From NCBI GenBank assembly GCA_964428185.1, contig CAYRXH010000005.1:10772-74771 (forward strand): 64,000 nt of DNA, written 5' to 3'. Under the pieces are notes generated by a model that was given only the letters and a program-made list of their open reading frames with translations, was not told the origin of the DNA and did no database searches. The DNA comes from an uncultured Bacteroidales bacterium. GTDB lineage: Bacteria > Bacteroidota > Bacteroidia > Bacteroidales > DTU049. Both the position numbers and the translations under genes were made by a program. Shown in pieces: positions 54,385 through 64,000 of this stretch. Each line of letters starts with the position of its first letter. The stretch's first letter is position 1.

Positions 54385-56958
54385 ATGAGAATACCAAATC
54401 AGGTTATACCAGAGTCACAAAAGACAAAGTCTTTTGTAGAAAAAACTATTAAAGCAATTGTTATTGGTTGTAAAAATTCGTCAGAAGGAAAGCAAAAAGA
54501 TTATGAATCATGGATGTTATATAATGAACAATTTAATGATAGTGAACATAATTATTTAAGAAAAATTGGTGATTATGTTCTTCCTGCTAAGTTTAGATGG
54601 ATTGGGGTTCAACGACCTAGAATTAATCTTTTAGCCTCTCAAGAAAGTAAACGCCCCTGGGTTTATACTTTACGTGTGGGAGACATGGATTCTAAAAAAG
54701 AAAAAATTATTAATAAGTCAAGATATTTAATTAGTAAAATCGTTTCTCAAATAGAAAGCAAAAAGGTTAATTTGCAAAGACAAATATTGGCTATTCAAAA
54801 TCAAATTGGGAAATTGGAGTTGATGTTACAGCAAGAGCCACAGAATGATGAACATGCAATGCAGTTACAGGAAATTGCACAGAAGATCCCAGAGATTAGA
54901 CTTATCATGCAACAGCATCAAAATATGATTCAAAAGGAAATATTATTTACCGATAAAGAAATAGATGATTTGGATGTTTATTTAAGGATGTCATGGAAAG
55001 ATCAAAAGGAGTTGTATGCTCAGATTTTATCTGATAAACTGAAACTAAAATTAAATTTAAAATCTAAGAAAATAGAAGGTTTTATTGCAAGTTGTGTGAC
55101 AGGTAAGGCAACTTATTATGTTGATTATCATAAAGGAAAAATTTTGCCTGATTTTGAAGTCATAGATGATGTAAAAGTGTATTTTCCTAAAATATCTACA
55201 ATTGATTATATCCAAGATGGTCCCTGGGTTGCAATAGAAGAAGCATATACTCTTGATAAACTTATTGGCTTATTGGGAGATGAGATAAGTCAAGAGGAGA
55301 TTAGTAATCTAGAAGAAAATTTTACATATAATAATTATGATTATAGTGGAGAAAGTACTACAAAAGAAGCATCTATTGGACAAATAAATAGTTATGAAGG
55401 GTCAGAATTAAATTATACAATGATCAGATGTTGGAAAGTATTTTATAAGTCTCCAAGAAAAATATATATAAAATCATCACCAAATCCATATAAGGAAGGA
55501 GCATACTTTAGACATTTTATAGAAGAAGATGAAGTAAAAAATGTGAAAGAGAAAAAAGGAGAGAAACTAGAAGTAAGATATGTTACTGATGTTTATGAGG
55601 GTATATATGTAGAATCATTGGATAAAGTTTTTAAAGCAGGTAAAAAGAAATATAACAGAACTTATTTGGACGATTATACAAAAAAAGATTTACCTGTTTA
55701 TGGATATACATTTTCAAGATTATCTAAAAGACCATATAGTTTGATTAAAGCTACTGCAGAACTTCAAAAATTAATAAATATATTTCATTATCATCGTGAA
55801 CTTTTGCTTGCATTATCAGGAACAAAAGGAACTGTAATAGATTTATCTCAAATACCAAGTGGTATGTCGGTAGAAGAACACCAATATCACAAGAAGAAAG
55901 GTTCATTATATATTCAAACAATATCAAAAGGAGGAAGAAAAATTAATACATCATTTAATCAATGGCAACAGTTTGATGAAACATTATCTCCAGCAATTCA
56001 ATATTTGGATAACATGATTGTTTCAACAGATCAGATGATAGGTTATTTAATGGGTATTGGACCTCAAAGGATGGGACAAGTTGTACAAGGAGATCAAGTA
56101 GGAAAAACACAAATGAGTATTCAACAAAACGCATTAGTAACTGAAATATTATATTATAATCATGATCAATTATTTGGCAAAGCATTTGAAGCAGCTTTAA
56201 ATTTATCAACAAAATATTGTGCTCATGAGGGAGGAATAATATCGAGAGATGATCAAGTACAGGGAGAACAACATGTTATAATACCAAAAGGAATGTTTAA
56301 AAATGTGGAATTTGAAATTAATATAGAAAATAGTACCGAAGAAGAAACATCTTTGTTAGAATTAAAACAGTTGGCAGTACAATCTTATATGGCAGGAAAA
56401 ATTCCTTTTTCAAATTTAGTGTCTATGTATAGATTAAAAGCGTTAAAAGAGTTGGAAGAAAAATATGAATATTTTGAATCTAAGGCTATTGAAGCAGCAC
56501 AAGCAGCAGAAAGTGGTAAAATAAATGAATTAAGAGAAATGGAGAAGCAAAAATTACAAATAGAACAAGAATATAAGGCAATTATTGAAAAACAAAAAGC
56601 TGAATTAGAGTTAATGAATATGCAAATTGAAAAAGAAAAATTAGAATTTGAAAAAGTTAAGTTTGGGGCAGAAATGGAAATTAGAGATAAAGAAATGAGG
56701 TCAAAGATGGCTACAGAATTATATAAGGCTGATAAGGAACATAATGTTGAAATAGAATATTTGGTAGAACAACAGAGACAAGCACAGATAGATGAAAGAT
56801 TAAGAGAAATAGAGTTAAAGCTCGAGGCGTTTTTTAGACAAACAGAAATTTCTATGAAGAATACAAAACAAATGTATGATGTGTTTAATGAGAGAGATAA
56901 ATTAAGAATTGAAGATAGAAAATCTAATATTAAAAGTAAAGAAAAAATAAAAGATTAA
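54385..56958 (+). CDS. Portal protein with a long C-terminal coiled-coil
   Basis: 857 aa, directly downstream of TerL, as in crAss-like phages. The C-terminal 200 aa are E/K/Q-rich coiled-coil. Confidence 0.65.
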   Translation: MRIPNQVIPESQKTKSFVEKTIKAIVIGCKNSSEGKQKDYESWMLYNEQFNDSEHNYLRKIGDYVLPAKFRWIGVQRPRINLLASQESKRPWVYTLRVGDMDSKKEKIINKSRYLISKIVSQIESKKVNLQRQILAIQNQIGKLELMLQQEPQNDEHAMQLQEIAQKIPEIRLIMQQHQNMIQKEILFTDKEIDDLDVYLRMSWKDQKELYAQILSDKLKLKLNLKSKKIEGFIASCVTGKATYYVDYHKGKILPDFEVIDDVKVYFPKISTIDYIQDGPWVAIEEAYTLDKLIGLLGDEISQEEISNLEENFTYNNYDYSGESTTKEASIGQINSYEGSELNYTMIRCWKVFYKSPRKIYIKSSPNPYKEGAYFRHFIEEDEVKNVKEKKGEKLEVRYVTDVYEGIYVESLDKVFKAGKKKYNRTYLDDYTKKDLPVYGYTFSRLSKRPYSLIKATAELQKLINIFHYHRELLLALSGTKGTVIDLSQIPSGMSVEEHQYHKKKGSLYIQTISKGGRKINTSFNQWQQFDETLSPAIQYLDNMIVSTDQMIGYLMGIGPQRMGQVVQGDQVGKTQMSIQQNALVTEILYYNHDQLFGKAFEAALNLSTKYCAHEGGIISRDDQVQGEQHVIIPKGMFKNVEFEINIENSTEEETSLLELKQLAVQSYMAGKIPFSNLVSMYRLKALKELEEKYEYFESKAIEAAQAAESGKINELREMEKQKLQIEQEYKAIIEKQKAELELMNMQIEKEKLEFEKVKFGAEMEIRDKEMRSKMATELYKADKEHNVEIEYLVEQQRQAQIDERLREIELKLEAFFRQTEISMKNTKQMYDVFNERDKLRIEDRKSNIKSKEKIKD

Positions 56959-56964
56959 AAAATA

Positions 56965-56997
56965 TTTGTTTTGTATTATTAAATATTTATATCTTTG
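56965..56997 (+). promoter_or_regulatory. Bacteroidota-type promoter (-33 TTTG, -7 TATCTTTG)
   Basis: TTTG at 56965-56968, a 21-nt spacer, TATCTTTG at 56990-56997, then the ATG at 57015. Confidence 0.5.
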
Positions 56998-57014
56998 TAA
57001 AAAAAAAATTAATT

Positions 57015-58100
57015 ATGACACCGATATATGATTTTATAAAAAATAAAAAAGATTCTAATAGAAAGAATAAAAAAAAAGATGAAGTATATACAATGGATGT
57101 TGAAGCATTTAATAAAGCAATTGTAACACTTGACCATGAATATGGAATAAATGTTACTGATTTATTGAATAGTAATAATGGAAAATATAATGAAAGGACA
57201 GCTACAATAAAATATACTGGTAAAAAAAATGACGATCTTGCATTTAGAGATTTTCAAAAATCTGTAGTGTTGATTGAAAATATTGCAAAAGGTGGAATAC
57301 TTTCATCTAATGAACATGAACAAATATATACAAAGGTTTATGGAAAATATGATAAAAGTTATTATAAACCTAGAAGAAATGTAGATTATGTTGGAACTAC
57401 TGAACCTACAGTTACTGAACCTACAGTTACTGAACCTACAATTACTGAACCTACAGTTACTGAACCTACAATTACTGAACCTACAATTACTGAACCTACA
57501 GTTACTGAACCTACAGTTACTGAACCTACAGTTATTGAACCTACAGTTATTGAACCTACAGTTATTGAACCTACAGTTACTAAACCTACTACTTCTAGAT
57601 CAAATAAAAAAGAAGATAAAAATGTTGTTAAGTTACCAGTTAAATCACCTGTTGTTGAACATGATACTGAGGCATATGAAAATTATTTTGTAAGAGTAAT
57701 TATATACGGGAGGGAAAATGCGGATAAATTAAATAATCGATTTGCACCATTATCTGCTGGGGAAAAACTTTGGTATAATGAATTTATGAAAAGTACTCTT
57801 AGAAAAAATTTGGATATACCTGATAATGCTACGCCAAGAGAAGTTGCTAAATTGATGCAGTTTACTGGTGACCAAATATATCGACCTGAAGCAATGTTTA
57901 AATCTACTGCAAGAGGAGAAGAAAGTGAAATGGCAAAATTAGCAAGGATGGCTGATACAATATATTCTCCATCTGAAATTGTGACTACAATGTATAAGAA
58001 GAATCAGGAAAATGCTGCTGCAAATAAGGCGGCGAACACAAAGCCAAAATCTAATCCAAATGAATCATTATATAGTATATATACTAGAAGAAGAAAATAA
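57015..58100 (+). CDS. Head-module protein with a 13-unit TEPTV pentapeptide repeat
   Basis: ORF between the portal and the scaffold-like gene. See the repeat feature. Confidence 0.6.
   Translation: MTPIYDFIKNKKDSNRKNKKKDEVYTMDVEAFNKAIVTLDHEYGINVTDLLNSNNGKYNERTATIKYTGKKNDDLAFRDFQKSVVLIENIAKGGILSSNEHEQIYTKVYGKYDKSYYKPRRNVDYVGTTEPTVTEPTVTEPTITEPTVTEPTITEPTITEPTVTEPTVTEPTVIEPTVIEPTVIEPTVTKPTTSRSNKKEDKNVVKLPVKSPVVEHDTEAYENYFVRVIIYGRENADKLNNRFAPLSAGEKLWYNEFMKSTLRKNLDIPDNATPREVAKLMQFTGDQIYRPEAMFKSTARGEESEMAKLARMADTIYSPSEIVTTMYKKNQENAAANKAANTKPKSNPNESLYSIYTRRRK
57399..57593 (+). repeat. In-frame 15-bp tandem repeat, 13 units (TEPTV/TEPTI/IEPTV)
   Basis: actgaacctacagtt and single-base variants. 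Protein reads TEPTVTEPTVTEPTITEPTV...IEPTVTKPTT. Confidence 0.95.
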
Positions 58101-58179
58101 ATATAGAGTAATAAATTTTTTACCAATATAATACAAATTAGTTAATAATAATATATTTTAACTTTAAAATATTATAGCT

Positions 58180-59124
58180 ATGGAAAATAATCAAGAACAA
58201 GAAAATATGTTATCATATGAACAAGAGGATGATTTAATGTCGTCATTAGCAGGTTATCCTGTTAGTACATCAAATGAGCCTGAAAAGAATATTGAGGGAC
58301 AAAATTTGGCTAATGAAAAGGTTGTTAATGATGGTAATAATAATCAAAATCAACAAGTAGAAAAAACTGATGAACAAAATCAAGATTATGCGAACTATCC
58401 TGAATATATGATTAACTTGTATGATCTCCCAGAAGATTTACAAGAATATGTCGTTGCTTCAAGAGAAGATAATTTTGATGTAGATAAATTCAGAGCAGAT
58501 ATTAAAAAAAGAAATGATCTTTTAGCATTAGGAAATAAAGAGTTCTATGAGGCGTATTTAAGAGCAAATCATTTTAAATCAGAACAAAATCCTGATGGGG
58601 TATTGGAAACTGATGAAGATGTAGCAAAGGAATTAGCAAGATTATCTCCATTGGAATTAAAAATTAAGGTAAACGAAATGAAGCAAGAGCTTCGACAACA
58701 TTTAGATAGCAAAAGAAAAGAAAGATTAGATAAATTAGCTTCTGAGCCATTATTTGATGAAGAAGAATATAAACAAAGTGTAGAAGAAGTAATATTAAGA
58801 AATAACAATGTTAAGGAATTTTTTGGCTTTCAATTCAACGAAGTTGAAAAGAAAGAAATAGATGAAGCATTCCGAACATATACACGAATAGATCCCTCAA
58901 CAGGTAAGGCTTTAATTCATGACATAATAGAGGATGATGATATGCTTTACAAAGTAATAGCTTTCATTCATAAAGGAGAGTCAGGAATAAAAAGCAAGAT
59001 TAGTGAGAGAATAGAATTAGCAAAACAAAAAATTATGGAAAAATTAGGTGTTGAGCCTACAGAAACAGGTGGAGGTACAATTGCAGGGATTCCAACAAGA
59101 GTGAATCCAGATTTTTTTATTTAA
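58180..59124 (+). CDS. Scaffold-like acidic coiled-coil protein
   Basis: Acidic, helical, and immediately upstream of the major capsid gene. Confidence 0.4.
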   Translation: MENNQEQENMLSYEQEDDLMSSLAGYPVSTSNEPEKNIEGQNLANEKVVNDGNNNQNQQVEKTDEQNQDYANYPEYMINLYDLPEDLQEYVVASREDNFDVDKFRADIKKRNDLLALGNKEFYEAYLRANHFKSEQNPDGVLETDEDVAKELARLSPLELKIKVNEMKQELRQHLDSKRKERLDKLASEPLFDEEEYKQSVEEVILRNNNVKEFFGFQFNEVEKKEIDEAFRTYTRIDPSTGKALIHDIIEDDDMLYKVIAFIHKGESGIKSKISERIELAKQKIMEKLGVEPTETGGGTIAGIPTRVNPDFFI

Positions 59125-59139
59125 TTAAAAGTAATAATT

Positions 59140-60579
59140 ATGAGATTACTTCCAGGACAACCAACGCATATTGCAAATCAAAGTATTGATAGTTTATCGT
59201 TGATGAAAAATGCTGTAGCGAATCCTGACGTTCTTCCTACAGTATTTGAATTGTTTAAAGATGAGTACACTCCTCTTTCAACTATTTTGAACGTCAAAGG
59301 AATGAAAACAAAGGGACTTTATGATGGTTTTTCAGGTTCACACTATAGAGTTGTTAAATCAAATGTTGTTCAATATTTGATTAAACATTCAGATCGTGTA
59401 AAACTTCATTTTGTTAAAGGACCTAATGGAACAACGTTTGAATGTGATGCTTATCCTAACGAGCCAGGTAAAAATCAGTCTATTGTTTACTGTTATTTTG
59501 ATACTAACTGGGCAGGACCTAAAGAGGTTATTGAATTAAACGATAATGAAACAAAAATATATGTAATTGATGACCAGCCTCCTGTTGAAGTTGGTGGTGC
59601 ATGGAGACATATGTGTCGTATTGTAAGCAATAATGTTGATTCATTTATTAATCCTGTGCTTATGGAAGAAAATTCTGAAGCAGCAGTGGTTTATACAATG
59701 TATGAACATGATTTTTCTGAAACAGGTAATGAGAAATATACCTTTGATTCTTATGGACAGGCATACATGACACTTCAACGTCTTAAATATTCATATTCAG
59801 GGACAGCAGAAGCTACAACTGTAGATAAATACTGGACAATGCACAAAGGGCATTCGACATGGTTATCATATGCTGAAAAAGTGATGTTAGAAAGAGCAGC
59901 AAAATATCATGAATATGCAACTATTTTTGGTAAAGGAACAGTTGCTATTGATGGTACTATCTTAATGAAGGACAAACAAGGACGAGAAATTATGGCAGGT
60001 GATGGTATTTTGTATCAAGGTGATGGAGCTTATGAATATCCATACAATATGTGGACTATGAAATTTTTAGAAGCTATTATGGAAGATGCTGACCTTCGTG
60101 CAGATTCTAATGGAAAGTTGGAAATTGTGTTTATTGGTGGGCAGAAATGTATTAATGGTTTTTCTAGATTAATGCGTGAATCAGGATTTACTACACAAAA
60201 CAATAATGTTGTAGGTGATGCTGAAAAGAAAGGTATAAATAATGATTATGAATATTATGAATTTGGTGGTGTAAGAATTATTCCTAAGCGTTGGAGATGG
60301 TTTGATTCTGAAGAAAGACCACACAAAGAGCTTTCAGATGGAACAAGAAAAGGTTCATGGGATGGTATTTTTATACCTCTTGGAAAAACTTCTTCTGGTG
60401 ATAATCAGATTGAACTTGTTCAATTAAGACCTCCTAAATCTGGTGCTGTTCATGGTATCAATAAGGGTGGTGGAGAAATGAGTAATTCTGTTGATGGTTC
60501 ACATCATCACTTTTTGTTCCAATCAGGAGTTATTTTAAGAGCAAAAGTTCAGAGAATTTTCAGACCTTATAATTCATAA
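59140..60579 (+). CDS. Major capsid protein
   Basis: 479 aa. The position (TerL-portal-x-scaffold-MCP) and size fit crAss-like HK97-fold MCPs. No search was run. Confidence 0.6.
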   Translation: MRLLPGQPTHIANQSIDSLSLMKNAVANPDVLPTVFELFKDEYTPLSTILNVKGMKTKGLYDGFSGSHYRVVKSNVVQYLIKHSDRVKLHFVKGPNGTTFECDAYPNEPGKNQSIVYCYFDTNWAGPKEVIELNDNETKIYVIDDQPPVEVGGAWRHMCRIVSNNVDSFINPVLMEENSEAAVVYTMYEHDFSETGNEKYTFDSYGQAYMTLQRLKYSYSGTAEATTVDKYWTMHKGHSTWLSYAEKVMLERAAKYHEYATIFGKGTVAIDGTILMKDKQGREIMAGDGILYQGDGAYEYPYNMWTMKFLEAIMEDADLRADSNGKLEIVFIGGQKCINGFSRLMRESGFTTQNNNVVGDAEKKGINNDYEYYEFGGVRIIPKRWRWFDSEERPHKELSDGTRKGSWDGIFIPLGKTSSGDNQIELVQLRPPKSGAVHGINKGGGEMSNSVDGSHHHFLFQSGVILRAKVQRIFRPYNS

Positions 60580-60607
60580 TAGTATTAATTAGAAAATAAG
60601 TATAAAG

Positions 60608-61828
60608 ATGGAAGATCAAAGAGTAATAGTACGTATAGTTGCTCAAGACAAGCGATATACTAAAATGCATTATAGATCAGTTCCAACATGGAAAGAGAAT
60701 TGGAGTACATATCTTACTGGTCAACATATTAATCCTGAAGAAAAATCTACATTAGGAAATCTTAGTGTTGAACAAATGCTTGGAAAACAGCCATTAACTA
60801 AAGAGCAACGAGAAAAATTTGGCTATGTAATTAATCCTGAAGATGGATTATTGATTAAACATAATTCTCGTTATGATATTACTTTAGATGAAAATGGTAA
60901 TCCCTTAAATCATAAAGATTATTGGGAAGTTGAGTACATGAAATATCAATCGGTTGTAGCACTATCAAAGATGGAATTTAATGTAGATGTTCATAGATTT
61001 TATATAGAAAACAAGATTGCAGAAGCGAAAAAAAGTATATCTAAGCGTGAAAAAGTATATAAAGCTGTAGAGATGTTTCGTTCAAATCTGACTATGGAGA
61101 AAATGTATGACATATCTTTAATGCTAAACTATTATGTTCCTACTTTTAGAGTAGATCCAAAAAAGATATCTAAGGTTGTATTAGAAGAAATGATCTATGA
61201 GCAATGTGAAAAGAATCCTGATGATGTTTTGAAATGTTTTGGTCCAAATTCACAAATGGAAACATATATTCTAAAAATGTGCGATGTAGGCATATTAAGA
61301 AGAATGGGGAATGACTTCTTTTATGGAGATACATTTGTAGGACAGGGCTTAGAGAAGGTACAAGCCTTCATGACTAAGGAAGATAACCGTGCTACAGTTA
61401 ATAAATGGGCCTCCTTAATGAAAGGAGATCAGTTCATTAGTGGTGGTGATAAAGCAGGAAAAGCAGAATCAGAAATCTTAAACATATTTGCTGAAGGATT
61501 ATCTGCTATTATTTCAGGAGATGCGTCTAAAATAGCTTATGTAAAGAAAAGATTAGTAGAATTAAATGCTACTGCTTATCTTGAGAAGCTACAAGAAGCA
61601 GCAACAAAAGCAGAATCAGATTCTTCAAATAGAAAAGATAGAAATATTAATGAAGATAATACATCTAATGATACCAATTATAGCGAAGATAATGCTGTAC
61701 CATCGTTGTTAACGTTGAAGCAGCAAGCTGGAAGATTGGGTATTGAAAAAGATGTTTATCAGAACATGAATCAGGAAGAATTGTTTAGATATATTGAAAA
61801 TTATAAGTCACAAAACAAAAAACAGTAA
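60608..61828 (+). CDS. Head-associated structural protein (406 aa)
   Basis: Position after the MCP. Confidence 0.4.
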   Translation: MEDQRVIVRIVAQDKRYTKMHYRSVPTWKENWSTYLTGQHINPEEKSTLGNLSVEQMLGKQPLTKEQREKFGYVINPEDGLLIKHNSRYDITLDENGNPLNHKDYWEVEYMKYQSVVALSKMEFNVDVHRFYIENKIAEAKKSISKREKVYKAVEMFRSNLTMEKMYDISLMLNYYVPTFRVDPKKISKVVLEEMIYEQCEKNPDDVLKCFGPNSQMETYILKMCDVGILRRMGNDFFYGDTFVGQGLEKVQAFMTKEDNRATVNKWASLMKGDQFISGGDKAGKAESEILNIFAEGLSAIISGDASKIAYVKKRLVELNATAYLEKLQEAATKAESDSSNRKDRNINEDNTSNDTNYSEDNAVPSLLTLKQQAGRLGIEKDVYQNMNQEELFRYIENYKSQNKKQ

Positions 61829-61839
61829 AACATTAGTTC

Positions 61840-62613
61840 ATGATACTAACTGTTACTGATATGTATAAGGCTTTTTTAGCTGGCATAAAGAAGGAACAAA
61901 CCACAATTGCTCCTCCATCTACATTTAACCAACTCATAAATGAGGAACAGGATAAATGGTTTAAGGAGAAAGTATATGCTGTGGAGTTAGATCAAAAGAG
62001 AATTGATGATTTGCAAGTTTTACGTGTTGTAACAGATGGAGTATATGAGTATTCTGGAATAGTCCTTAATCCAATAGGACCTGATACTTATAATGGGTAT
62101 GTTTTTACACTTCCTATTAATCCTGCTCAACATATTAATAATATGTGGGCAGGAGTGCCTCCATTGGCTACTCAACAAACATATCCTCGTTATAGAAGAT
62201 TATTAAATATAGAATTTAAAATAAGATATAATGATAATGAGTGTGAGTTAATAGGAATATCGGAATGGTTAAAAGCACATATTATGAGGTCTGACCAGTT
62301 ATCCGAGATAAAGGAAAATCCTTATAGAAAGCCAAAGGATAGTAGATTATATTATGAAATCATAAATAATAAGATACGTCTTATAACTGGCACATCAAGT
62401 ACAGGGGTTGGAATGAAGTTGGAATATTTGCGTTATCCCGATGTAATAACTTTTGTGGCGATTAATGATCCTTTGAACGTTGATTGTGAGTTATTGCCTG
62501 AACAACAACAAGAAATTGTTGATAGAGCAGTCGTAACTTATATTGAACGTTCAAAGAATCCGAGATATCAGACAATAAGCATAGAACAACAAAAAAATCA
62601 AATTTTTAAATAA
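61840..62613 (+). CDS. Head/neck structural protein (257 aa)
   Basis: Position only. Confidence 0.4.
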   Translation: MILTVTDMYKAFLAGIKKEQTTIAPPSTFNQLINEEQDKWFKEKVYAVELDQKRIDDLQVLRVVTDGVYEYSGIVLNPIGPDTYNGYVFTLPINPAQHINNMWAGVPPLATQQTYPRYRRLLNIEFKIRYNDNECELIGISEWLKAHIMRSDQLSEIKENPYRKPKDSRLYYEIINNKIRLITGTSSTGVGMKLEYLRYPDVITFVAINDPLNVDCELLPEQQQEIVDRAVVTYIERSKNPRYQTISIEQQKNQIFK

Positions 62614-62630
62614 TTTAAAATAGGAGTAAT

Positions 62631-64000
62631 ATGGCAAATAACACAGGTGGTGTATTAACATCTTCAACACAAAGTTTTCTTTTTAATTCTGCAATTACAG
62701 CAGCAGATTTAGGTGGTTACAGAGACTCAGTCACTGGTGATCCAGTATTAATATTTAAAAAACTTGGGTATTCAATTTATAGTATTAATAGAAATGCAAA
62801 AGTTTATTTAACATGTAATGATCCTGGTGCGTGGAAAGCGTTACTTGTAACCATGAATCCTCATTGTCCTTGTGATGAATGTAATTATGAATACGGATTT
62901 AAAATTGTTTCAAAAGTACAAATGCCAGGACATAAAAATTCTATTTCTAACTTTCTCACAAATACTTATTTTAGTAAGATGGAATCAGTAGAATGTGATC
63001 AGGGTTATATAGAACAGAGTCTAATTTTGAAAATGGAAGATAATTTAATCAATCAGATTAATTCTTATGAACCATTTAATCAAGATGGACTGATGCCAGC
63101 ACAATATGCAACTCGTTATTATGTAATCGAAGATACTGATACTTCAGATGCTTCAACACTTACAGTTACTATTGATGGTATTGATTATGTAATTTCATCT
63201 ACTGTACCTAATGAAACACTTGTAGAAGCTATTAATAATAATGCAGGTATTGCAGGTAGAGTAAAAGCAATATATCTTACCAATCCATCAGGTTCGACAT
63301 ATCAATTTGCTGTTTTTGGTGAAATTCTTGGTGTAGGAGATATGTTTACAGTAACTGCAGGGACAGATACAAATATTGAACAACGGTCTATTATGATTTT
63401 AAGCAGAGATAAAAGATTTAATATTTCTGTTGAAATTAATAATAGTGTTGGATTTGTTGATGGTATAAATATTGCTAAAATTTATATGAACGATGGTTCT
63501 GCAATGGATGAATATTGTATTACATTTCGTGATAGTATAGGAGGAGATTCAAGAGCATTAAATTCTGTTTGTTGTTCAGATAATGCGTTTACACCAAATA
63601 CAGTTCAGTATGAGAATGTAAATACATGGCATTTAACTACAAATGGTTATGATATTTATGCATATAGTGAAGATGATGATGCATATATTTCATATGAACC
63701 TGGTAATTATACTGTTCAATTAGGAACAAAATATGGAATGTGGGAAATACTAAGTAATGATAAAGTGTTTGAAGTATTTTCACATAGTCCTAATTTTGGT
63801 GGACTTTCTCAACAGGTTAGAAAAAAATATCCATTGGAAGATACAAGGTATTGTAAAATTGATATTGTTTGGGAACTTCCAATTGCTGATTTAGTTGGTT
63901 CTAATCATATGAATTCAAGGAGAGGTTCTGTTTCAATGTATTTTCCTATGATGCATGCGTGTGATGTTAATTTTAATAGTGCAAATCCAATGGGTACAGG
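62631..64000 (+). CDS. Structural protein, 3'-truncated by the window edge
   Basis: The ATG at 62631 (MANNTGGVLTSSTQ...) opens a frame that I translated to nt 64000 without meeting a stop. It is absent from the ORF track because no stop lies in the window. Confidence 0.6.
   Translation, partial: MANNTGGVLTSSTQSFLFNSAITAADLGGYRDSVTGDPVLIFKKLGYSIYSINRNAKVYLTCNDPGAWKALLVTMNPHCPCDECNYEYGFKIVSKVQMPGHKNSISNFLTNTYFSKMESVECDQGYIEQSLILKMEDNLINQINSYEPFNQDGLMPAQYATRYYVIEDTDTSDASTLTVTIDGIDYVISSTVPNETLVEAINNNAGIAGRVKAIYLTNPSGSTYQFAVFGEILGVGDMFTVTAGTDTNIEQRSIMILSRDKRFNISVEINNSVGFVDGINIAKIYMNDGSAMDEYCITFRDSIGGDSRALNSVCCSDNAFTPNTVQYENVNTWHLTTNGYDIYAYSEDDDAYISYEPGNYTVQLGTKYGMWEILSNDKVFEVFSHSPNFGGLSQQVRKKYPLEDTRYCKIDIVWELPIADLVGSNHMNSRRGSVSMYFPMMHACDVNFNSANPMGT

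Noticed and set aside
57388-57693. ORF 57388..57693 (+) encoding LLNLQ repeats
   Set aside because: It is an alternative frame of the 15-bp TEPTV repeat, nested in the 57015..58100 gene.
1-64000. Stop-codon reassignment (TAG or TGA recoding), as seen in some crAss-like lineages
   Set aside because: All large late genes (giant ORF, TerL, portal, MCP) are uninterrupted under the standard code, so no recoding is needed to explain the ORF structure.
1-64000. A diversity-generating retroelement, integrase/lysogeny module or homing endonuclease/intron insertions
   Set aside because: No reverse-transcriptase, tyrosine/serine recombinase, HNH, GIY-YIG or LAGLIDADG motifs were recognised in any ORF. 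No template/variable repeat pair was noticed near the fibre genes.

Overview
The window is very AT-rich, tightly packed phage DNA. It looks like a crAss-like (Crassvirales-type) podophage of a Bacteroidota host. There are three transcription blocks. (1) Rightward, 1-24254: five genes led by one ORF of more than 5,400 codons. That ORF is still open at the left window edge. It carries the two-barrel RNA polymerase signature (RKPTS..GG..DFDID) of crAss-type virion RNAPs, plus an SF1 helicase-like P-loop, an HExxH zincin motif and a C-terminal RecB-like nuclease core. A 1,513-aa protein with a second HExxH motif and probable fibre or receptor-binding genes follow. (2) Leftward, 24398-45237: a replication, recombination and accessory block. 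Recognisable genes are a DnaB-like helicase, a beta-clamp-like protein, an SMC/Rad50-like ATPase, a Cas4/RecB-like nuclease, a RusA-like resolvase, VRR-NUC, a DPPF methyltransferase and a membrane-anchored GH24 lysozyme. The block is interspersed with an expanded family of solenoid-repeat proteins (three octapeptide GGxxSxhx paralogs and one 31-hexad protein), zinc-ribbon proteins and visibly GC-richer imported islands. One inverted two-gene cassette (ASCH plus an HU-like protein) sits inside it. No DNA polymerase or primase is recognisable. (3) Rightward, 45880-64000: SSB, a GroES-like protein, a beta-helix fibre, a lysis cassette, then TerS-like, TerL, portal, scaffold-like, major capsid and further head genes. 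Blocks 2 and 3 diverge from a 640-bp A/T-rich control region with palindromes and seven 12/13-bp CTAG/TATAAT iterons. This is a candidate origin or promoter array. Bacteroidota-type promoters (TAnnTTTG with TTTG about 20 nt upstream) and three clear intrinsic terminators are visible. No tRNA, CRISPR array, integrase, reverse transcriptase or stop-codon recoding was seen. All calls come from reading the sequence and remembered motifs, with no searches run.
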